NCBI GenBank assembly: GCA_030390025.1
Contig: CM059438.1
Location: forward strand, 68,450,001 to 68,514,000
From: Squalus acanthias
Lineage: Eukaryota
Direction: 5' to 3'
DNA length: 64,000 nucleotides
How positions within the stretch are numbered: position 1 is the first letter of the stretch; every line of letters starts with the position of its first letter. Position numbers and translations under genes: made by a program. Below are positions 11,157-24,548 of the stretch, one piece after another. Below the pieces are notes generated by a model that was not told where the DNA came from, did not search any database, and saw only the letters and a list, made by a program, of their open reading frames with translations.

Positions 11157-14100
11157 CTACAAATCCAGTTTAATAACAGGTTTGCGGAGCCTTCCTGTTC
11201 TCCTTACAAAAGGTTTTGGTGTTGAACCAATTTTCGGGCGGTTTTGTTCTCGTTCCGAACTCAAAGATGATCCTGTTTCTATCTCAGATTTGTTTGAACC
11301 TGGTACTTCAGTTTCTGAAGTCTGAACGGAGTCCAACTCATGTATGAGTTCATGATCAAGTGGTTCAAGATCACATCTTGATTCATCTCTAGCAGAGATC
11401 ATTTGATCTACATGAACACTTCGGATGTTGTCACAAACTCAACCAAATATCTCTTGGTTCCACCAACCTCTACCACGGTTCCTATATCCCACTTGTGTGA
11501 ACTCGACTTGCCAGGGGGACTGAGAACACAAACACACTTATTTTATTTGAAACTGCGTTCTTTCCGATTGCTGTCAGAATATCGTTTCTGACTCAACTGT
11601 TTCTGTTCAACTCTTGAGGCCAAATTCGGTTGAACAAGACTCAATCGTGTTCTCAATCGCCTCTTCATCAAGAGTTCTGCTGGGGTATATCCAGTTGTAG
11701 TGTGCAGAGTAGTTTTATACTTCAGCAAGAAATTTGCCAAACATTGCTTCATGCTGAGTCCCGAACAACCCTGCAACGCTTGCTTTTTGAGAGCTTCTTT
11801 CACTATTCTGACTGACCTTTCGGCTGCTCCATTTGAAGCTGGATGTTATGGTGGAACGAGAGTGTGTTTGATACTATTCCATTTCATGAACTCTTGGGAT
11901 AGAGCAGAACAGAACTGAGGGCCATTGTCAGAAACAAGCTCTTCAGGTAAGCCATGGCATGTGAAGATAGACTTCAACTCATCTATAGTGCGTTCAGTTG
12001 TAGTATTTGAACCCATGTGTTTCACTTCAATCCACTTTGAGTGACTATCTACAAGTACCAGGAAATAATCATTTGCTTTCTCACAGAAGTCTACATGTGC
12101 TCTCTGAAAAGGTCTACTTGGCCATGACCAGGGTTGTAGTGGAGTTTTGGGTGATTTGTTTCTGCAATTTTGGCAAACGCTGCATTTGCTGACAAGTGAT
12201 TCAAGATCACTGTCCAATCCAGGCCAGTAAACAAAATTCTTGCAATTGATTTCATACTGACAATCCCTGGATGTTCAGTATGAAGTTCGGCAAGAATTCT
12301 ATCTCTCAAAGAAGTAGGTACCACCACTCTGTTTTCCCACTTGATACAACCTTGCTCACAAGACAATTCAGTACGACGGTTATGGAATGGTTTCAACTCT
12401 GTGTCCAGACACTGATCAGCCCATCCATTCAAGGTGTTTTCATACACTCTTTTAAGTATTGAGTCCTTTTGAGTCTCATTTGCAATCTCAGTTGCATTCC
12501 CGGGAAAGTCTTCGTCAATTGCACCTAGCGTGAAAATCTCACCTTCACTCCCAACACATGAGTCTTCATGTGGCAACCTGGACAAAGCATCTGCGATTGC
12601 ATTTTGCATTGAAGTGCGATATTCAATCGTGCAGTCATATTGTGACAACAACAATGCCCAACGTTGCATTCTTGATACGACCATTGCAGCTATGGCAGAT
12701 TTGGGCCCCAATATTGCAAGTAGCGGTTTGTGATCGGTTATCAGGGAAAAGTTTCTGCCGATCAGGAACTGTTGGAATTTCTTGATGCCAAACACTATTT
12801 CAAGTGCTTCCTTTTCAAATGATTTCGCTCTTTGTGAGGGTTCACGATGCGAACACGATTGGTTTCTCTTGGTCATCGTCCATTACGTGGTTTATGACAG
12901 TTCCCACACCGTAGCTGGAAGCATCACACGCTAAGTTAAGCTCACGCTCTGTGTCGTAGTGCACAAGTAGAGCATCGCTAGAGAGACTTCTCTTACAAGT
13001 GTTGTAAGCTTCCTGTTGCACTTTTGTCCACTTCCACTGGACATCCTTCTTGGGAAGCTCATGCAATGGAGCTAACATGGCCGCTAACTCAGATAAGAAA
13101 CGTGTGTAGTGCTGGATCATTCCAAGGAAAGATCTTAACTCAGACACGTTCTTTGGCTTTGGAGCATTGATGACATCATCAACCTTTTCCTTCACTGGTT
13201 GCAAACCATTTGAATCAACTTTCAGACCAAGGTACACAACCTCGGGCTGCACAAAAGCACATTTGCTCCTTTTCAATTTTACATTGTTTGAATTCAACCT
13301 TTGAAGCACTAAATCTAACACTTCTAGATTTTCTTCCTCGCTGCTTGTTGCAATCAACACATCATCTTGATTGCATAAGCAATTTGGAATTCCTTGCAAG
13401 ATCTTATCCAACATAGCCTGGAAGATTTTGGGGGAGGACTTTACACCGTACAGCAGCTTGGTGTATGAGTACAGGCCCTTGTGTGTGTTGATACTGAGAT
13501 ACTGTTGACTCTCTTTGTCAACATTCAGCTGAGTGTAAGCGTGCGACAGGTCAAGCTTGGAGAAAACCTTTGACACAGAGAGGGCTGCATACAAATCTTG
13601 CAATGTAGGTAATGGGTACTGTTCATCGTCAACTGCTTGGTTGATAGTAACTTTGTAGTCACCGCAAAAGCGTACAGTTTTGCTGCTTTGGGCACTACCA
13701 CAATCAGAGTAGCCCATTCACTTTTGTCAGTTTTTACTAGCACTCCGTTCTCTCTCAGTTTCTCCAGCTCTTCCTCCACCTGACTTTTCAACACATAGGG
13801 GACCGGCCTTGCCTTACAATAGACAGGCTTCGCATTGGACTTGATGCGGATATGCGTGTCATACCCAGTGATGCCCTCATAACTGTCTGAGAACATGCTT
13901 TCATACTTGTTCAACATTCTGTCGAGTCGCTTCTTTGAAGCATCTACACTGAAGATGTTTTTCCAGTCTAGTTTCAACTTTCTCAACCAGTCTTTGCCCA
14001 TGAGGGTTGGCCTGTTGTTGTAGCTCGCTACAATAATAGGCAGCTTTACTAACTGGCCATTGTGCTGAACTGTACATTCCATTTGTCCACATGTCTCTAG

Positions 14101-14560
14101 GATTTCTCCGGAGTAGGTTTTTAACTCTACGGTATTCTTTGTAAGTGGTATTTGATTAAACTTACTCTCATATGTGTCCTTACTCATGATACAGCAGTCC
14201 GCCACCATAAACGAGGGATCACAGTCTCAGGATATGGGGTAGGACATTTAGGACTGAGATGAGGAGAAATTTCTTTACTCAGAGGGTGGTGAACCTATGG
14301 AATTCTCTACCACAGAAGGCTGTGGAGGCCAAGTCACTGAATATATTTAAGAAGGAGATAGATAGATTTCTAGACACAAAAGGCATCAAGGGGTATGGGG
14401 AGAGAGCGGGAATATGGTATTTAGATAGAGGATCAGCCATGATCATATTGAATGGCGGAGCAGGCTCGAAGGGCTGAATGGCCTACTCCTGCTCCTATTT
14501 TTCTATGTTTTCTATGTCGATTAACATATCAATATATTGGTCATTGATCAAAAGTTTTAT
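11157..14560 (-). pseudogene. pol: Gypsy pol (protease, RT, RNase H, integrase), frameshifted
   Basis: RT: RFCGDYK, FSKLDLSHAY, NQDD. RNase H: LACDASSYGVG, TDHKPL. Integrase: H-x3-H..C-x2-C, HVDF, SDNGPQF. Split across ORFs 13525-14208, 12842-13717, 12091-12876, 11846-12217 and 11543-11803. Confidence 0.92.
14207..14516 (+). mobile_element. CR1 (HER1-like) LINE 3' fragment inserted in the Gypsy protease
   Basis: RNFFTQRVVNLWNSLP C-terminus and (ttctatgt)n tail. Interrupts the minus-strand MLID|xADCC protease motif. Confidence 0.9.
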
Positions 14561-14599
14561 ATGCAAGTCTTTCTCATGACTGCTAGCATTGCCACTAGT

Positions 14600-15504
14600 G
14601 GCATAAATACTGTAGATGCCTAGTTCTTCAATATCAGGTGTGTTCACTTCAATATTGTGAATTCTTCCCTTTTGTTGTTGATGCTTTGCATTGCCATTAG
14701 AATGGTTCTTACTTCCTGCTTTCGATCTAGCTCTGCAAGCTGTTGAAATGTGGCTTTGCTTCTGGCAGTGAAAACACTTTGCATTTCTGTATTGGCAGGA
14801 CTGTGGTAAGTGATTTCCATTGCAGCGATAACAATTCACTGAACTGCTCTCACTGACTTTTGACTCGGTCTCACAGCTTTAGATTTGGCAGTGGCTTTGT
14901 GACTGTAGACCTCAGCTGTACTAGTCACTTGAGTTGGACGGAGCTCCCTCGCATTCTTAGACGCCATCTCCAGAGATAGGGCAATTTTGCATGCTATGTC
15001 AAACGTTAGGTTCGGAGTGTTCAGTAATTTTGAATGTGCGCGCTCATCCACCAGTCCACACACAAACTTATCTCAAAACGCACGATCCAAAAATGTGCCG
15101 ACGTTACAATGCAAAGACAGGTTCTTAAGAGCTACAATGTACTCACTGATGGTTTCACTTTGTTTTTGGTTTCTGGTACCAAACTTATAGCTCTCTGCTA
15201 TTTCTAATGGCTTTGGGTCAAAATGGTCCTCGAGTTTCTCAACAATGTCTTCAAACAACGCATCTGGCGCGAGTAAGTTTGTCAACGTTCCATAGACATC
15301 TGGCCTGAACTCTGTTAAAAAAATTCCTTTCTTCTGTTCACAAATTGCTTTCTTTAAGCTTGAACATTCTCATCTGCACCTTCGGTCTCAATAATGTTAT
15401 TGGCCTTAAAAAAAACATCGCCATCCGCTCAATGTTAGAACTGAATGGTTCGCGAGCTCGGTCATACATGCCGAGGTTTCCGATGAATCCGTAGTCGCAG
15501 CCAT
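14600..15504 (-). pseudogene. gag: Gypsy gag with two zinc knuckles, disrupted
   Basis: CYRCNGNHLPQSC and CFHCQKQSHISTAC, plus FGTRNQKQSETISEYIVALK. Candidate ATG at 15504. Confidence 0.88.
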
Positions 15505-15738
15505 GATTGTCCCAATCCCGTTGAACAGTGACTCAGCATGCTACCTGTGTACCTGTGAGAATCAACACTGTTGTTGCTGTTTATACATACATGCAAAGGA
15601 GAAACACAGACAATTCTGCATCAGCATTAACAGTAAAACATCGCAAAAATTCAGTTTAGGTGCCACAAGTTTACCGTAGCTTTTCCACTTGAAGGTTGAA
15701 CACTGCGTTCTTCCATGATCCCTAAAAATAGCTCTGGG

Positions 15739-15756
15739 ATCCCATCCTCGTCACCA
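15739..15756 (-). promoter_or_regulatory. Primer binding site, probably tRNA-Ser
   Basis: Minus strand TGGTGACGAGGATGGGAT lies 4 nt inside the 5' LTR. It is complementary (1 mismatch) to the recalled tRNA-Ser(GCT) 3' end ATCCCATCCTCGTCGCCA. Confidence 0.75.
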
Positions 15757-15770
15757 AAAATGTAATATAT

Positions 15771-16670
15771 CCATAAGACAAAGATCCTCTACCAACCTGC
15801 CCCCGCCACACAGTACTGCTCCACGATTATCAAAATCCACGACAAGGCCTTGGACAACGTGGACCACTTTCCATACCTCGGGAGCCTACTGTCAACAAGG
15901 GCAGACGTCGATGACGAAGTCCAACACCGCCTTCAGTGTGCCAGTGTAGCCTTCGGTCGCCTGAGGAAGAGAGTGTTTGAAGACCAGGACCTCAAACCCG
16001 GCACCAAGCTCATGGTCTACAGAACAGTAGTGATATCTGCCCTCCTGTATGCTTCAGAGACATGGAACATATACAGCAGGCACCTCAAAGCACTGGAGAG
16101 GTACCACCAACGCTGCCTCCACAAGATCCTGCAAATCCATTGGCAAGATAGGTGCAACAACGTCAGGGTTCTCGCTCAGGCCAACATCCCCAGCATCGAA
16201 GCTTTGACCACGCTCGATCAGCTCCGATGGACGGGCCACATCGTCCGCATGCCCGCTACGAGACTCCCAAAACAAACGCTCTACTCGGAGCTCCGAAAAG
16301 GCAAGAGAGCCCCAGGTGGGCAGAGGAAACGCTTCAAGGACACCCTCAAAGCCTCCTTGACAAAGTGCAACATCCCCATCGACACCTGGGAATCACTGGC
16401 CCAAGACCGCACAAAGTGGAGGAGAAGCATCCGGGAAGGCGCCGAACACCTCGACTCTCTTCGCTGGGAGCAAGCGGAAGCCAAGCGCAAACAGCGGAAG
16501 GAGCGCACGTCAACCCAAGCACCCCACCCACCCGCCCCTTCAACCACCGTCTGCCCCACCTGTGACAGAGACTGTAGGTCCCGCATTGGACTCATCAGTC
16601 ACCTGAGAACTCATTCTTAGTGTGGAAGCAAGTCACCCTCGGTTCCGAGGGACTGCCTAAAAAGAAGAAG
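15771..16670 (+). mobile_element. 5'-truncated RTE-clade LINE inserted in the Gypsy 5' LTR
   Basis: Open ORF 15850-16620 with FPYLGS, LRWTGHIVRM, GGQRKRFKDTLK and a C-terminal C2H2 finger CPTC...HLRTH. (aag)n tail; 'atat' duplicated at the junctions. Confidence 0.92.
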
Positions 16671-17359
16671 ATATGTGGGTAGAAGGACAGAGACACCAGT
16701 TGCTCGTTCTGGAGCTTGCTTTACTCGGCCAGAACGAACTGAGCATGCTCATACTAAACCATGTGACAAACCATGTGATAATACATTACAATAACATCTT
16801 TCCAAATGATTTTAATGTCCAGTAAGGTCATTTACTTGGAGAAAGCAGCACATTTTAGAAAGTAAATCATTTTATTTGCAGACTTAGTTCTACCTGTTAA
16901 TTTTGTTCAAGCTGTTTTTTAATTGCATTGCTACATGGTGGCACACGGTCAAAGATGTGCCCAATTATAACGGTAATTCTCAGTAAGTCTGCTGCAAATC
17001 TCTTTTTTAACATGTTGTGCAATTGTTAAGATGAAAAATTTTGAGTGCATAGCCAGATGGAGATTTTGGCCACAAGTCTACATGCACTTTGCACCAATTT
17101 CAGCATATATGGACTTTTGGGATACATTATTGGGTGGGATCCACTTGCCCCTGGTTTCTGCTCCACAATGGCTTTCCACTGGTGCTTCCGTTGCAGCCTA
17201 GGGTGTTCCGTGGTGTGTGCTTGCCGATGCTGCTGAGAGTTGGCTGATAAAGGTTACGATGAGGCGTAGGAGTACCCAAAACCCACGACTTATGCCCCAA
17301 TGAACGAAGTGTAATTAACTGTGTGTTGAAAGAGGTGTCCTTGTTGCCAGTGTAAGTTA

Positions 17360-18010
17360 CATAGAATTACGTAGAATTTACAGCACAGAAACAGGCCAGT
17401 GTTCATGCTCCACACGAGCCTCCTCCCACTCTATTTACTTCATCTCACCCGATCAACACACCCTTCTATTCCTTTCGCCCTCATGTACTTATCTAGCTTC
17501 CCCTTAAATGCATCTATGCTATTCGCCTCAACCATTCCATGTGGTAGCAAGTTCCACAGTATCAGCACCCTGAGTGAAAAGGTTTCTCCTGAATTCCTTA
17601 TTGGATTTATTAGTGACTATTGACATGAATCTGTTATTCATGACTTATGAAATAATACTGAGTGGCCTGCGGGTGGCGCTGTCCAGGGAGAGTATAAATA
17701 CTCGGGCATGGGCCCAGCTTGCGCAGGACATTCTTAACAGGAACTAGTGAAGGACACAACTAGACCTCCATGTTGTAAAACAGTTGATTAAAGCTTTGTT
17801 TAATGATTAGACCAAGTGCCTAGTAGTTTTCTTACATCAACTATCTTATATTTATAGCCCCTAGTTTGGGATTCCTCCACAAGTGGAGACATCTTCTCTG
17901 CGTCTACCCTATCGAACCCCGTCATAATTTTAAAGACCTCTATCACGTCACTTCTGAGTCTTCTCTTTTCTAGAGAAAAGATCCCCAGCCTGTACAGTCT
18001 TTCCTGATCG
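17360..18010 (-). mobile_element. CR1-type LINE 3' fragment, split by a solo LTR
   Basis: Similar to the minus-strand CR1 3' end at 31460-31870. Sequence is continuous across the 17621-17839 insertion. Confidence 0.7.
17621..17839 (+). mobile_element. Short solo LTR (219 bp)
   Basis: TG...CA ends and 5-bp TSD ACTAT (17616-17620, 17840-17844). TATAAA at 17693-17698 and ATTAAA near 17787. Confidence 0.8.
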
Positions 18011-19089
18011 TTGTATTTTACTCTGGAGTGTTTTACTCTGGAGCCTGAAGGAACTTTGAGGAGAGATTGCTGAAGTTAGAAAAGAGCTTTCAGAGTGTTG
18101 GATTACAGACCGTTAGGCAGCCCACAGTCCCTCAAGAGGTGCCCATTCCTCATTTGAGAGTCTCGACAGTGAGCTTGAAAGGAGCACTGAAGCCTTCAAA
18201 ATCCAGTCTGATCCTGGCATAGTCTGACGCCCACAGTGTGCCCTGCCAGCAGAGTTCAACAAACAGGGATCACAAGTGGGGACAAAAGCTACGTTATCCA
18301 ATTCAATTACTTATTTTTCTTCATAGCAACAACATCAGTAAACAAAGTTACCATGGAATACTCCTTCAGTCTTATGATTTGTTTTGGGCTGTTCCTCAAA
18401 GTGAGGAATGCATGTGCTGGACAATTGGGAAGGAATATATTTGATATATTTTTCTCAGTTGTTTAATAAGATTATTTTATTAAATTATTCACACTGTGTG
18501 CCATCTGTCAGGATCCCTTCAGTGAAACTTTCGATGTATAAATTTTATATTGAGACACCCACAGAGCTGCAGCTGCTGCATCTAAGATAATTCCACTTGG
18601 TCTTAGCAATTTTGGCATAACAGTAGCAATGGCTTGTGGTAAACCGTGTACCTTTAGGGAATATAGTACTCCAGCCTATTATTCATTTTCTTGCGCTTAA
18701 TGATTAAAAAAAGCTTAAAACTGTGCGATTGAAAAAAATATTTTTCTATGCAAATCCAAATATGCCATTTTTTCTTGAGAGAATTTAGATACTACAACTG
18801 TAAAGATATTTCCAAATATTGTCACAATCCTTGTGTGCCGTGAGCTTCAACAATTTTTACCCAGGGTCAGTTTATGTCAGCTGTGCCACAAGGAGTTGTT
18901 TCTTCCAGTCATGAGCACCTTGCTGGTTAAGGTCATGGCGATGTATCTAATCTGTTCCTCTATCCTCCAAGAGGACTATGGTGAGAAAGTCAGAAAGCAG
19001 TTTGAAATGCAGACTGATGGGGATGAGCGGAATAAAAGGACAGTCTTTGTCTGTCATCAATTAAAGGGGAATGATGGTCAGGATACTGC

Positions 19090-19280
19090 GAGGAGAATTC
19101 TGTCCTCTTCTTCAAATAGTACCTTGGGATCTTTTACATCCTATTCAGACAGACAGGGTCTAAGGTTAAACTCTCATCTGAAGGATGGCACTTCCAATAA
19201 AGCAGCAGTACTACAGTAGAATATGTTCTCAAGTCCTGGAATGGGGCTTGAATCTATAACTTCCCAATGCAGAGGCAAGA
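19090..19280 (-). mobile_element. Degraded Deu-domain SINE
   Basis: 'gggatcttttacatc...ctcatctgaaggatggcacttcc' resembles 57849-57920. Confidence 0.55.
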
Positions 19281-20884
19281 GTACTACAAACTGTGCCATG
19301 TTTGCACTCAAGGAAAGCCTTCGGTTTGATACCTTGTGTGCACTGGGTTATCTGATCTCAGGCAGCACAGTGGTGGAGGTACAACAAACAGGCTTGGAGT
19401 TGGAAAAATCAACCAGGGTTCCTTCAGCTGAAGTAGGAAAATGAGTGTGTTTGGATACTGATGGGGATTGGATCTGACTTAGCTGTGCTCCTCTTACTGG
19501 TCCAGTACCCTGTCAAGTCAACCCTCAGGATCCAGGTTCACATATGAAGAAAACTCATTTGGATGATGTACTGGCAGCTGTGGAACATACCTCAGCATGG
19601 GTCACTGACACTGCAATAGGAAGGGCGAAAACTAGGGCAAAATAAATACGGATTGTAATTAGCTTTGTGAAAAAAGTGACAGCTCTGCTATGATTGGGAT
19701 TTTACTGTTTAATCAGCTGATTTTTTGAATCGTCCTGGAAGCTTTCTTGCGCTTTGCTGAAATGTCACTTTATTAGTGTGCAGCAACAGAGAATGGCACT
19801 ACAGCATTGTGAAATGACCTTACATGCATGAATTTGACTTGCATCCAAAAATGTCAGTTATTGGCTTCAAATCAATATTATGTGCAAAGAAAAAGGTTGT
19901 TTTACATTCATTGCCTCACAGCCAGTAATTGATGACAGTATCCAGCACGTTCTCATCACCCAAGAACCAGAGGTTAATTACCAATTCCTTAGCTTTTCAT
20001 AGAGACTACTAACTTGTATTTAGCCAAGTTAACACTTGGCTAGAATGACTCCCTCCTTTCTTCCTCCAGTCCTGAAATTGTGAATGATAACTTAGTCACA
20101 ATGCATTCTCTTGCATCCCCGCCCCCCACCCCCGCTTCCCTTATTTTCTCCCAGTTGTCTGAATGCATGATTGGATAATATTCCACACATGAACATTGGC
20201 AGCTCACCCAACCAGGGTAGTGACTGTCAGCAGCTTATTTACTTACACAGAACAACACAATTGAACTGTCACATTTTATGGGTAGAGCACATGTGCTTTA
20301 CCTGCTCGGAACCCCAACTGATTATTTTTGCTGTCCCAGCCCGCAGACACTGAGGCTTGTTGCAATACTTCCAGCCATGAGATAACAAAAAAGGAAATTT
20401 TAAATGCATCCCCTTCATGCACCCTGTCTCATGGGTGTAATAGGGCAGAATAAATCCAGATTCCTTCGTGGCTTTGATCATAGTGCAGCAAAATGCTCAA
20501 CTGAAAGAGGAGGTACACATTTGCAGCAGTGCTAATCTGAACATTAATTTTGTGTGTGTATATATGTTTATATAATATAGTAGAAGAAAAATGAAGAAGC
20601 TTAGTTCTGCATATCGAAGGTTGGTGCATTTTTGACCATTTGTTAAATTTCCTCCTCCTCCCCCCCCCACCCCCGCACCACCCCCACCCCCCCCACCAAC
20701 AATTTTATCACCTTTGGTGAAAGTTAATTTGGGGATTTCAGTTGGACTCCTGAAGAACTCTAAATTGGACAATATCTGAAGTGATCAAGGATTGTCAAGA
20801 ATTCTCAATTAATTCTTTCTGACTGTGTTCACAGAGAAAACCTCAGGTAGTCTTCTTACTATTGGGGTAGAATTGATAGGGCAA

Positions 20885-21218
20885 GATCACAAGATAATTA
20901 CAGATGAGGGAGGATAATCAGCCAACTCCATCAAGATTGACCATAAAGCCCCCATTGCCGCATCCAATTGGTTCTTAAATGATTTCAAGGTTTTTCGCTC
21001 TATTACTTTTCCAGGAGTCCATTCCATAAATTGATTACTCTTTGTGTGAAGAAAATCTTCTTGATATCCGTCATAAATTTGCCTTTTATTAGTTTGAATC
21101 TGTGGCCGCTTACCTGACACTCACAATTTAATTTAAAGTAATTTTCCAGATTTACGTTTCCCATACCATGTACAATCTTGTATACCTCCATGAGACCACC
21201 TCCCAAATGCTGCCTTCC
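20885..21218 (-). mobile_element. Older CR1 3' fragment (continues at ~22380-22415)
   Basis: GHRFKLIKGKF...FFTQRVINLWNGL on the minus strand. Confidence 0.75.
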
Positions 21219-22376
21219 ATAGAAACATAGAACCATAGAAAAATAGGAGCAGGAGTAGGCCATTCGGCCCTTCGAGCCTGCTCCACCATTCAATATGATC
21301 ATGGCTGATCCTCTATCTCAATACCATATTCCCACTCTCTCCCCATACCCCTTGATGCCTTTTGTATCTAGAAATCTATCTATCTCCTTCTTAAATATAT
21401 TCAGTGACTTGGCCTCCACAGCCTTCTGTGGTAGAGAATTCCACAGGTTCACCACCCTCTGAGTGAAGAAATGTCTCCTCATCTCAATCCTAAATGTCCT
21501 ACCCCGTATCCTGAGACTGTGACCCCTCGTTCTAGACCCCCCAGCCAGGGGAAACATCCTCCCTGCATCCAGTCTGTCTAGCCCTGTCAGAATTGTATAC
21601 GTTTCAATGAGATCCCTTCTCATTCTTCTAAATTCTAGTGAATACAGGCCTAGTCGACCCAATCTCTCCTCATACGACAGTCCTGCCATCCCAGGAATCA
21701 GTCTGGTGAACCTTCGCTGCACTCCCTCTATGGCAAGTATATCCTTTCTTAGGTAAGGAGACCAAAACTACACACAGTACTCCAGGTGTGGTCTCACCAA
21801 GGACCTGTCAAACTGTAGTAAGACATCCTTGCTCCTGTACTCAAATCCTCTTGCAATGAAGGCCAACATACCATTTGCCTTCCTAATTGCTTGCTGCACC
21901 TGCATGTTTGCTTTCAGTGACTGGTGTACAAGGACACCCAGGTCCCTTTGTACATCAACATTTCCCAATCTATCACCATTTAAATAATACTCTGCCTTTC
22001 TGTTTTTCCTACCGAAGTGGATAACTTCACATTTATCCACGTTATACTCCATCTGCCATGTATTTGCCCACTCACTCAACTTGTCTAAATCGCCTTGAAG
22101 CCTCTTTGCATCCTCCTCACAACTCACAATCCCACCCAGTTTCGTGTCGTCAGCAAACTTGGAAATATTACATTTGGTTCCCTCATCCAAATCATTGATA
22201 TATATTGTGAATAGCTGGGGCCCACAGCACTGATCCCTGCGGTACCCTATTAGTCACCGCCTGCCACCCCAAAAAAGACCCATTTATTCCTCTCTGTTTC
22301 CTGTCTGTTAACCAATTTTCTATCCATGCCAGTATATTACCCCCAATCCCATGTGCTTTAATTTTGCACACTAACC
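21219..22376 (-). mobile_element. Young CR1 (HER1-like) LINE, 5'-truncated
   Basis: ISKFADDTKLGG, RPHLEYCV and FFTQRVVNLWNSLP. (catagaaa)n tail. Confidence 0.93.
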
Positions 22377-22998
22377 TAAAGACCTAAAAGCCCAAGTCCC
22401 TCCACTCTTTCCACTATTAGGCATCTGTGTCATGAGGAAAGAGTGGAGGGACTTGGGCTTTTAGCTCTTGAAAGGCAGCATTTGCGAGGTGGTCTCATAG
22501 AGGTTTACTGACTGTCTCCAGTTGTCGCTTTCTTGCTGATGAGTAAGCAAATCTGACATTGGAATGTAGCGGTGACCTTTATCAAACGAGGCAACTCTGA
22601 TGGCGGAAAATGGATTATCTTCTGCTCATTTACACCGCTCTGTAGCCTTATCAATCAAGCTTCCACTTGAAATAATCTCCAGACTCTATGGAATCACAAA
22701 ATTAAATGAGATTTACTTTTAATTTCACTGAGGATGCCATGATTTCTCCTTCATTCAAAGCATTTATGAGCTCTCAGTTCATATATTGACATGATTATTT
22801 TATGTTGTTGATTCGTTTTGATCTTCATTTTGCCTCCGAACTCCCAGCACAATGATGAAAGTCCAAAATTCCTCTTCATTACACGTATCTGCATCTTTTC
22901 CAAAGCAACACTGGCCCGGAATCTGTTGCAATGGCGACATTGGCAAAGAGTGCCATAGGTTAGAGCATTGTGCTCCCCGATGCTCCAGCAGTGAATTC

Positions 22999-24548
22999 AG
23001 CCCAAAATTTGCTGGAGAACGCATTCGAATACGCTGCAGCAAACATAGCGAGACTCAGAAGCGGCGCAGCCAATGGCAAAGGCATTAAGTATTCTTTCCC
23101 GAAACAGTTCATCTTCAAAAGTACAGTCGGGAAAAGGAAATGCTTCGTGCACAACAGTTGAACTGACAAATATTGGGGGTAATTGTAACTTTTGTTGATA
23201 TCGGATGAGCCGTCTGTTATATCCCACTCCCGATTTTAGCTTCCATTTGAATTCATTGGAAATTAAAATCGGGCGACCGATCCGCTATCACCCATTTTAC
23301 ACTGTCACCAAAGGATATAATTACACCATTACTGTACTCTACTTGGGACTTAATAAAACAACACATCACCTGCATCGCATTACTATTTAAATTTAATGGC
23401 CTGAGATTCGCTGCAAAATAATCTTGCATTGTTTAGACATTTCATCAGCATATACAGGTTTCATTTAAAACGAGTGGAATGTAGCAATATAAATCAATGC
23501 AACAGACAGGTTACTGAATATTGTATGAAGAGTAAATAACATGATAATGTAATAATAGCAAACTCTCCAGGGGGTGGGACGCATTTGGTGTGCACGCGAT
23601 TGACTATCAAACTGGCCAATGAAAATGTAGTCTCTGGCAACTTTCCAAATGGGAGCATTCATTAAATATTTTGTCCATTCGGAGTGCTGTGTGGTGGGAC
23701 CTCGAGGTGAAATTGACCTGGGGTGATCAATGGCAGGAACTGGATGGAGCTGAGCTGCTGCATTCACACAAGGGCAAGCAAAGACTCACTGCTCTTCGCC
23801 GTGGGTTTAAATCCGATTCACCTAATCGGCCACTTCCTAACTGCTATGGACAGGTTTGCAAAGCTTCTTAAGGCTGATAGATCTGTCAAATTGGGAGGGA
23901 GTGGTGTAAATAAAATGCAACGCGATGAAATCGTTACGGATTTCAATAGAAGCTGCGAGCATTTTACCGGGTTACTGAGAGTAATTAGAGGTGCAAAGGC
24001 GATGATACCCCTACTCGTGATGGCTCATACAAACCGATATCCTGACTGAACTGTACCTACTAAGAGTCATCACATAATGTAAAGAGCTGCCGGCAGAGCG
24101 CTTTTTTGTCAAACCCGCTGTTCTAGATGATAATTGAAGGATCACAAAGTATGGACTTATCATTTGAGCAATCGTCAGTACTCTGTATTTCAAAACCAAA
24201 ATATTCATGCTAGTTTCTATGCCTGTGATCATGCCAAGCATACTGAGCCCTCCAGCGCTATTCTACAACAGTCTAACTGGCGGTGCCGATCAAAGTAGCA
24301 TTAATCCAGCAAATTTGTGGTCGCCGTTAATTTTAATCGAGGGGGGGGGGGCGGACCTATGATAATTAATTTTCAAGTGTTTTGCCAAGCATTTCAGCAG
24401 AGCAGCGCAAAAATCCCAGGAAATTAAGGCGTGGCGCAAGTAATGGAATACCTCACTCATGCCATAAATGGGACTTCAGTGCCGTAAAACGGGCTTACGA
24501 CGTAGATGTACCATTACAATAGCGCTGGTCTCCAGGAAATTCTGGGCC
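22999..24548. mobile_element. Degraded Harbinger-type non-autonomous element
   Basis: agcccaaaatttgctggaga near the left end vs reverse complement of the right end ggcccagaatttcctggaga (17/20). Followed by AAT. Confidence 0.5.

Larger units (their letters stand above)
10877..16790 (-). mobile_element. Full-length decayed Ty3/Gypsy LTR retrotransposon
   Basis: LTRs TGTAAT...ATTACA at 10877-11010 and 15761-15770+16671-16790. 5-bp TSD ATAAC (10872-10876, 16791-16795). PPT at 11011-11023, PBS at 15739-15756. Domain order gag-PR-RT-RH-IN. Confidence 0.95.
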
